NCBI GenBank assembly: GCA_963824095.1
Contig: CAWGNS010000008.1
Location: 833,272-897,271 of the forward strand
DNA length: 64,000 nt
From: Terriglobia bacterium
Lineage (GTDB): Bacteria > Acidobacteriota > Terriglobia > Bryobacterales > UBA6623
Direction of reading: 5' to 3'
How positions within the stretch are numbered: position 1 is the stretch's first letter; each line of letters opens with the position of its first letter. The notes under the pieces were generated by a model. It did no database searches. It was not told the DNA's origin and saw nothing but the letters and a program-made list of their open reading frames with translations. The position numbers were made by a program, and so were the translations under genes. Shown in pieces: positions 58,287 through 64,000 of this stretch.

Positions 58287-58404
58287 CCCCGTAGCGCAGG
58301 GCTCGAAGAGACCTGCGGCCTTCAGCGAGGCGAGGCCTGCGGAAAAGCGGAAAGACTGCTAAGAAATCGCAGGTCTGGCAAAGCGCCAGCCCTGCGCTAC
58401 GGGG
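58287..58404. repeat. R5 inverted pair: CCCCGTAGCGCAGGGCTCGAAGAGACCTGCGG (58287-58318) and the long-loop inverted partner (58367-58404)
   Basis: Read directly. Confidence 0.8.
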
Positions 58405-58455
58405 TGCAGCGGGACCACACTGCTTGATTTCCTAGGCCACCAACGACCGCACTGC

Positions 58456-58484
58456 TTGACTTCCCACTCCGCCCGCGCTACAAC
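58456..58484 (+). promoter_or_regulatory. Candidate sigma70-type promoter TTGACT-N17-TACAAC, 9 nt upstream of the ATG at 58494 (near-leaderless)
   Basis: Read directly. The -35 element lies inside the second of two 15-nt direct repeats (CACTGCTTGA(T/C)TTCC at 58418-58432 and 58450-58464). Confidence 0.4.
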
Positions 58485-58493
58485 AACCTCGCC

Positions 58494-59765
58494 ATGAAAC
58501 TCGAACGCCGCGACCTGTTCAGCCTCGCCGCCCTCGGCGCGGCTGCCGCCCTGGTGACCGACCAAACCCAGGCCTCGCCCTACCCGGCCCCGCCGCCGGT
58601 CGAGGACAACCTCAAGATCACCAGCGTCCGCCTGGTCGAGTTGCGGCCCAAGCGTCCCGTGCCGTCGTACGAGCCGGCCCCCGGCTCCTGGTCGACCGGC
58701 GGCGTCGAGGTCGCCAACCCGATGTCGATGTATCCGGAATACAAGGCGCAGCGCAGCCTGTTCCAGCCCGACCCCGGCGGCGTCAACAGCTTCGCGGTCG
58801 AAATCGGCACCGACAAAGGCATCAAGGGCTACGGCCGCGGCGGCCCCGGCGGCGGACCCATCGTCGAAGGCCACCTCACCAAACTACTGCTCGGCAAAAA
58901 CGCCCTCGACATCGAGCGCAACTGGGACATCCTGTGGCGCTCCACTATGTCTTACGGCCGCAAGGGCGTCGTCATCAACGCCATCAGCGGCGTCGACCTC
59001 GCCTTGTGGGACATCGCCGGCAAGGCCTGGGGACTGCCCGTCTACCGCCTGCTCGGCGGCGAAACCAAGCCGCGTATCCCTTGCTATTGCACCGGCAACG
59101 ACATCGAGCAGCACGTCGAGTTCGGCTACAAGAAGGTAAAGCTGGCGCTACCCTACGGCCCCGCCGACGGCCGCGAAGGCCTGCGCAAAAACGTCGAGCT
59201 CGTGCAACGCGCCCGCAAAGCCCTCGGACCCGACGGCGAAATCATGATGGACTGCTGGATGTCGCTCACCGAGCGCTACACCCTGGAGTTGGCCGAAGCT
59301 TTCGAGCCCTACCGCGTCTATTGGATGGAAGAGTGCTTGCCGCCCGACGACTACGAAGGCTTCGGCCGGCTGCGCGAGCAGATCAAGTCCACCCGCATCG
59401 TCACCGGCGAGCACATCTACACCCGCTACGGCTTCCGGCAACTGCTCGAGCACCACGGCGCGGAAATCTGGCAGCCCGACATCAAATGGTGCGGCGGCAT
59501 GACCGAGCTGCGCCGCATCGCCGCCATGGCCTCGGCCTACGACATCCCCGTCATCCCTCACGATGGCGGGCGACGCGACGCCGTCCACTTCACCATGGCT
59601 ACGATCAACGCCCCTTGGTCGGAGATGTTCATGCCCGCCCCCGGCGGCCCCGACGTCGTCTACAAGCGCTACGAGGAAGACAATAACCTCACGCGCGGCC
59701 CCGAAGGGATCTACACGCGCCCCAGCGAAGCCCCCGGTTTCGGCGAAGACATCGAAGCCGCCTGA
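58494..59765 (+). CDS. Enolase-superfamily enzyme (rhamnonate/fuconate-dehydratase-like) with a Tat-like signal
   Basis: ORF track, 423 aa. MKLERRDLFSLAALGAAAALVTDQTQA, GVDLALWDIAGKAWGLPVYRLLGG, MMDCW and WMEECLPP are present. Confidence 0.85.
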   Translation: MKLERRDLFSLAALGAAAALVTDQTQASPYPAPPPVEDNLKITSVRLVELRPKRPVPSYEPAPGSWSTGGVEVANPMSMYPEYKAQRSLFQPDPGGVNSFAVEIGTDKGIKGYGRGGPGGGPIVEGHLTKLLLGKNALDIERNWDILWRSTMSYGRKGVVINAISGVDLALWDIAGKAWGLPVYRLLGGETKPRIPCYCTGNDIEQHVEFGYKKVKLALPYGPADGREGLRKNVELVQRARKALGPDGEIMMDCWMSLTERYTLELAEAFEPYRVYWMEECLPPDDYEGFGRLREQIKSTRIVTGEHIYTRYGFRQLLEHHGAEIWQPDIKWCGGMTELRRIAAMASAYDIPVIPHDGGRRDAVHFTMATINAPWSEMFMPAPGGPDVVYKRYEEDNNLTRGPEGIYTRPSEAPGFGEDIEAA

Positions 59766-59836
59766 AACAGGCTGCGGAAAAAGTACCCCGGAGGGGTGTC
59801 CTAGGTCGAACTGGGCCGGGGGGCCGAAGCCTCCAA

Positions 59837-59868
59837 CAAGTCCCGGGCCAGGCAAGTCCCGGGCCAGG
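59837..59868 (+). repeat. Tandem duplication, 2 x 16 nt (CAAGTCCCGGGCCAGG)
   Basis: Read directly. Confidence 0.85.
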
Positions 59869-59910
59869 CGCAAGACCCACCCAAGCCATGCGTCGCTCCC
59901 CAGCGGGGAC

Positions 59911-60072
59911 AAAAGGCACAGAAGCAAAAATCCGCGCCCGTGGCGTGAACCTCCCGGTTTGCCGCGTCGCGATTCGTCGCGACGTAGGGCCCCACGCCAC
60001 CCAAGCCGTCCTGGAGGGGTACCACTGCCGAACCTGGATGGAGTTTTTCCCAGCCTGTGAAGCCTGCGGATC
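59911..60072 (-). repeat. R3 element, full-length copy 2 (~160 nt; core 59940-60000); candidate minus-strand sRNA
   Basis: The core differs from copy 1 by one base (CCTCCCGG versus CCTCCAGG). The flanks AAAAGGCACAGAAGCAAAAA and CTGGAGGGGTACCACTGCCGAACC are shared. Confidence 0.8.
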
Positions 60073-60137
60073 TCCGGCAACCCGGCCACGCCCGTCCCCA
60101 AAAGCGCCGCCGCAGAAAAACGCGCTGACAAACCCAG

Positions 60138-60180
60138 GTGGCGCGGGCCTCCGGCCGGCCAGCGTCGACCTAGGGTCGAC
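60138..60180 (-). repeat. R1 REP-like element, inverted (GTGGCGCGGGCCTCCGGCCGGCCAGC plus GTCGACC-TAG-GGTCGAC)
   Basis: Read directly. Confidence 0.8.
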
Positions 60181-60446
60181 GTCGACCACGGTCCGCCAAC
60201 GCGAACCCACCCCACACCGCCGACCTGTCTTCTCAAGCCACGCCCACAACCAACGCAAAACACGCCCGGTCATACGACCCAGGCCAGCCTCCGGCACTCA
60301 ACCCGTTCGTCCGCAAGACCCCGTCCGTTCAACTCTTAGCTCGCGTCCAACATTCCTATAGCTTCCGAAAATCCGGGTATATAATCGAAAACGGAAGCAG
60401 AAATTCCGCTTCCTATCGGACGGACTCTCTCCACCGACGACCGGCT

Positions 60447-60614
60447 GTGAGCAAATACTGGGCAGTTGTTGTGCCCGCGATCCTGGGCGGCGTCCTCTTC
60501 TACGCCTACACGGCGCCAGGATACGTGGGCGATATGGTTCGCGACGCGATCAGCCCCGTCTTGCAGCCGGCCCTGCAGTTCATGGGGCACATCTTCGGCG
60601 CACTGCTCCGATAG
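60447..60614 (+). CDS. Candidate small membrane protein (55 aa), below the ORF-track length cut-off
   Basis: Manual translation from the GTG at 60447 gives MSKYWAVVVPAILGGVLFYAYTAPGYVGDMVRDAISPVLQPALQFMGHIFGALLR, with a stop at 60612-60614. It has one clear TM helix and genome-typical high GC3 (about 80% by eye). An AT-rich patch with TATATAAT at ~60378-60386 lies upstream. No obvious SD. Confidence 0.4.
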   Translation: MSKYWAVVVPAILGGVLFYAYTAPGYVGDMVRDAISPVLQPALQFMGHIFGALLR

Positions 60615-60907
60615 GCGCCGGGACAGCCCCCGCCCTCTCCCAGCAACACCTACCCGACCCGTCTCCGTGCACCGGCAGTCCGCCGATTGCAACCCGGCCC
60701 GCAACCGGCAATGGCATCGCCGGGTGTTCCTTGCGAACCACGCTGGCACGAATTCCAGAAAAAACTCCATCTAATACCACCCCAGTGGAACGCCTTAATC
60801 CCTGAGAAAGGCCGGCGAAAGAAAACCCGCACCCCAGGGTGGCGGAACCGGATCGACGAACCGAAACCGCCAAATCAAAACCACCCAAGAAAGACTGTCC
60901 AGACAAG

Positions 60908-61090
60908 ACCACCGAAAACAGAGCCGCCGGCGGAAGCCCGCGGGCCGAATCGCCAAGAAGGTTTGTGAGCCGTGAAGAAAAGCGAAGAGAGAGGCCGAGG
61001 CATGGCCGCGGCAATCCATCCGTGCCGCTTCGCCCGATGCTTCCAGCCACTTCGGCCCGCAGGCTTCCGCCAGCGGCTCTGTTTTCGCGT
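60908..61090. repeat. R4 element copy c: arms 60917-60948 and 61052-61083 (30/32 complementary) around a ~100-nt spacer
   Basis: Read directly. The arms differ from copy a at the same three positions in both arms. Confidence 0.8.
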
Positions 61091-61223
61091 TTCGCTGCCT
61101 TGGAGAGGGAAGGGTTGGAGTCGGATTGGATGGGCGGCCGGACATCCGGCCTGCGAACCGGCTGCATTGCCGTACTCACCCGGCCAAGCGCCCAGGCAAG
61201 TCCAAAGAGACCGAAGCAGCGAA

Positions 61224-64000
61224 CTACCGGCCGCGCGAGCGGCCACCCGAAGAGCGGACGCCGCCGCCGCCCGAAGACCGTCCGATCGAGCCACCGCGCG
61301 ACCCACCGCCTCGCGAGAAGCCTCCGCCGCCACGTGAAATGGTGCCGCCACCGCCCGAGGAACGGCTAAACCCGCCGCCGCGGTTGATGCTCGGCCCGGA
61401 TGAGCGCGAGGGCATCGAGGGTGTCGAGCGGGACCGCGAGAAACTAGGGCCGCTTGAGCGGGAACCGCGATCCGCGCCGCTGGAAAAGATGCGCGGCGAG
61501 GAACCGCTGGAACGCGACGAGCCGGAGTAAACCGAGCGGCTGCGCGAGACATCGCCCCGCGACGAGCTACGCCCGCTGAACACCGACGAACTGCCGCGCG
61601 AGCCCGTGTCGCGGGACCGGCTCCAACTTGAAGAAGAAGCAGACGAACCCGACCGGCTGCTGGAACTATCGGCCCGGCTCGCCGGGCTGACCCGGGAGGC
61701 TGAGCGAGGCACGAAGCGCCCCGCGGAGCCGCCCTGGTCAGCCCGCGAGGCGCGGGCTGAGGAGGAACTGTCGGCGCCGAACCGGGAGAACCCCGGGTCC
61801 GGCGCGCGCAGTTCGGATCGGGAACGGTTGACGCGCGACCCGCCACCGCCACGATTGGCGGGGGCCGACGGCGTCGAACGCGGCGCGCTGCGCTCCACCG
61901 AAGGCGCCCGGCTCGGAGCCGAACGCTGCGGTTGGCTGGGAGACGGCGCGCGTTCCACGCGGGAAGGAGCGGACCGCGTCACGGAACCCCTGTCGCGGCT
62001 GCGGCTCGGTGCCGCCGAGCCGCCTGAATCCGACCGCGATGGGCTTACCCGCTGCACCCGGCTGGCGGGTTCGTTGCGCGAACCCGAGCGGTCGACCCGC
62101 GAACTCCCGCTGTCGGGAGCCCGACTCGGCGTGACCGTGGTCGACGAGCCGGAAGTCCGGCTGCCGCCGCCCACGTTGCCGAATCGCCGCCAGTCGTTGC
62201 CTCGTCCGGCGGTCGCATCGCTGGTGTTCGAACGCACTCCGCCCCGGCTCTCGCTGCTGGCGGCGCTAGGAGCGCTGGCGCCGGCACGGCGGCCCGGGTC
62301 GCTTGCAGTCGAACCGCGTACCCCGGCGCGCCCGGTCTGGTCGATCGCGCTCGACCTGCTTTCCGGCCGCTGGCGGGTCGAATCGGTAGGAGAAACCGAC
62401 CCTCGCACGCTGGAACGGCCGGCGGTGGCCTCCCCGGCTCGCGCAATGCGGCCTTGCGAAGCGACCGCGCCGCTGGGCCCGCCGGCTCGCCGGGTGGGGT
62501 TATCCGAATAGGCCCGGATAGAACGTTGCACCTGATCGCGCTGCTGGTCGAATGAGACGCGGCTCGTCGTATCACGCACCGTCTGCCGGCCCGTCTGGCG
62601 ACTGTAGAAGCTGTTGCGGCGCGCGCCGTCGCGGCCCAGCAGGCTGTTCTCCGACGCGGTCGAGGCCCGTACGAAGCGGCCCTGGCTTTCGCGCGCCGGC
62701 ACCACCGGAATCTGCCCGCGCATCAAGGTGGCGCGGCGCAGCTCGGTATCGCGCAGCGACCGCGGATTGTGCACCTGGCCGCGCGAGAAGCCGTTGGCGT
62801 CCACCACCGTCACGCCGTTGTTATGCCGCGCGTTGCGGTAGGTGTTGTAGATGTTCACGCTGTTGTCGACGTAGATCGTCGAGTGGTTTCCGCCACGGCC
62901 ACGGCCATAGAAGTGCCGGCCGTACCACGGATAGTAGGGTTCGCCAGGACCCAGCGGGACCCAGCCGATGTTGCCGTAGCCGTGCCCCACGCCGACACCG
63001 ACGCCGAACCCGCCATAGCCGAAGAACGCCACCAGCGCCGGCCTCCAGTAGTGCCGCTGGTAGAAGCCTCCGGGGTACCAGCCCCAGCCTGAGTTCGCAT
63101 AGTAGAACCAGCGGCCGTAGTGATACGGCGCCCAGCCCCAGGGTTCAGAGCTGACCCAGGTCCAGCCGTAGTAGTCGAGCCAGACCCAGCTTCCGTAGCG
63201 ATAGGGCGCCCAGCCGACCGTCACCGAGGGGAACCAGCATTGGCCGTACCCGGACACATACTGCCAGTGGCCGTGGCCGTCGAGGTCCTCACCGCCGCCG
63301 ATGCTGCTGCTCATGTATCGGTAGCTGTCGGACTTTTGGAGAACGTCGTCGCGGCGCGCGTTCCACTGATCCCAGTCGTCGCGCGGGTCGGCGTCGACAA
63401 TCCGGAACTCCAGGTCGTCGCCCGAGCCGCGGACCACCATGGCCTTGCCATTCTTGAGCGTCTCGACGCCGCGCGTGGAAGCGATCTCAGCTTCGCCCTT
63501 GCGGACGGTCACCACCGTTTCGTCGCCCAGCACCTCAATGCGGTAGCTGCCGTTCTTGCGGGGCCGCACCGCGACTTGCGGAGTGTCGAGGTCCACATCG
63601 GCCTCGCCGCCGCGCAGCTCGCTGTAGTTGAGGATCCCCTTCGCCACTTGCACCTTGAAGTTGCGGTCGCCGAGCGAAGCCATCACGGCTTCGGTGTTTT
63701 CGTTCAAGCGGACGAGGTTGGAGTCGCCCAACTGCACTTCCGCCCGTGAGCCGGGGCCGGTAGCGATCGTGTCGCCTTCCACCAGGGGCGCGTTAACCGT
63801 GGCCTGCACCCAGTCGCCCGAGTCGCCCCGGCGCATGGTGACGTCGCCATTGGTCAGGCTGACGCGAGCGACACCCAGAGCGGGACCATCGTCGCTGGCC
63901 TGAGCTCCGCCTGCCTCAGACGTTGTGGCCTGAGCATCGAGGTGCGGCAGCATCAGCGCCGCAGCGACGCCCAGAATTGCCAGAGTTCGATGAAATCGCG
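61224..64000 (-). CDS. FecR-like domain, W/Y/G-rich module (DUF6600-like) and a ~480-aa Ser/Arg/Gly-rich low-complexity tail; 5' end runs off the right window edge
   Basis: ORF track 61224-63953 (909 aa). The frame stays open upstream to 64000 (RFHRTLAILGVAAALMLPHLDAQ looks like a signal peptide), so the true start is outside the window. The FecR-like beta region is VARVSLTNGDVTMRRGDSGDWVQATVNAPLVEGDTIATG. It is followed by YGWTWVSSEPWGWAPYHYGRWFYY. Confidence 0.8.
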   Translation of the reverse strand, partial: RFHRTLAILGVAAALMLPHLDAQATTSEAGGAQASDDGPALGVARVSLTNGDVTMRRGDSGDWVQATVNAPLVEGDTIATGPGSRAEVQLGDSNLVRLNENTEAVMASLGDRNFKVQVAKGILNYSELRGGEADVDLDTPQVAVRPRKNGSYRIEVLGDETVVTVRKGEAEIASTRGVETLKNGKAMVVRGSGDDLEFRIVDADPRDDWDQWNARRDDVLQKSDSYRYMSSSIGGGEDLDGHGHWQYVSGYGQCWFPSVTVGWAPYRYGSWVWLDYYGWTWVSSEPWGWAPYHYGRWFYYANSGWGWYPGGFYQRHYWRPALVAFFGYGGFGVGVGVGHGYGNIGWVPLGPGEPYYPWYGRHFYGRGRGGNHSTIYVDNSVNIYNTYRNARHNNGVTVVDANGFSRGQVHNPRSLRDTELRRATLMRGQIPVVPARESQGRFVRASTASENSLLGRDGARRNSFYSRQTGRQTVRDTTSRVSFDQQRDQVQRSIRAYSDNPTRRAGGPSGAVASQGRIARAGEATAGRSSVRGSVSPTDSTRQRPESRSSAIDQTGRAGVRGSTASDPGRRAGASAPSAASSESRGGVRSNTSDATAGRGNDWRRFGNVGGGSRTSGSSTTVTPSRAPDSGSSRVDRSGSRNEPASRVQRVSPSRSDSGGSAAPSRSRDRGSVTRSAPSRVERAPSPSQPQRSAPSRAPSVERSAPRSTPSAPANRGGGGSRVNRSRSELRAPDPGFSRFGADSSSSARASRADQGGSAGRFVPRSASRVSPASRADSSSSRSGSSASSSSWSRSRDTGSRGSSSVFSGRSSSRGDVSRSRSVYSGSSRSSGSSPRIFSSGADRGSRSSGPSFSRSRSTPSMPSRSSGPSINRGGGFSRSSGGGGTISRGGGGFSRGGGSRGGSIGRSSGGGGVRSSGGRSRGR

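Noticed and set aside
60744-60750. Perfect sigma54 -24 element TGGCACG
   Set aside because: The -12 position (expected TTGC at about 60755-60758) reads CCAG, and no gene lies appropriately downstream. A second near-match at about 53987-54002 (TGGGCAGTACGTTGAG) also lacks the GC of the -12 box.
61126-62511. Plus-strand ORFs (134 aa and 301 aa) antisense to the Ser/Arg/Gly tail region
   Set aside because: Their Pro/Glu/Arg-rich sequences mirror the complement of the low-complexity tail. The minus-strand frame is continuous with a well-supported FecR-like N-terminal region. I keep a note in the findings that the frame should be confirmed.

Overview
This is a 64-kb, visibly GC-rich bacterial chromosomal segment (roughly two-thirds G+C by eye, not computed). 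Several features point to Acidobacteriota of the Bryobacter/Solibacter type, as inference only: a secreted protein with a TIGR03437-like 'Soli_cterm' tail, a Ser/Thr-kinase-TonB_C fusion, an orphan duplicated FtsX permease, several Tat-exported sugar-acid and sulfatase enzymes, and dense REP-like repeats. I support 49 protein-coding features and one tRNA-Ala(CGC). One CDS is frameshifted, two run off the window edges (the left one, uppS, is absent from the supplied ORF track), and one is a sub-60-codon candidate. Housekeeping genes dominate: uppS, etfBA, acpP-fabF, lipA, hrpB, aroB-ubiE, an aminotransferase, a PHP histidinol phosphatase, two S41 peptidases and one S9 peptidase, a ClC channel and a split chrA. 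I see no rRNA, CRISPR array, transposase, integrase, phage gene or recognisable defence gene. I did not find a convincing multi-gene novel system. What the gene list does not explain is the intergenic DNA, which holds at least six families of hairpin-forming repeats (about 40 copies) arranged as mosaics. The best leads are: (i) ~210-bp elements with ~32-bp arms that change in both arms together between copies and bracket the sulfatase gene in opposite orientation; (ii) a 61-nt double-stem core with a UUCG loop in four copies, two of them ~160-nt near-identical with a terminator-like tail (candidate sRNA family); (iii) a 1.46-kb almost gene-free repeat mosaic; (iv) a ~490-nt AT-rich plus hairpin-rich spacer. 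Protein-level curiosities include a FecR-like protein with a ~480-aa Ser/Arg/Gly tail, the kinase-TonB_C fusion, Tat-signal enolase-superfamily enzymes, tandem PilZ paralogues and an orphan CpaE-like ATPase. All repeat coordinates were found by eye (+/- a few nt). No folding, BLAST or HMM search was possible.
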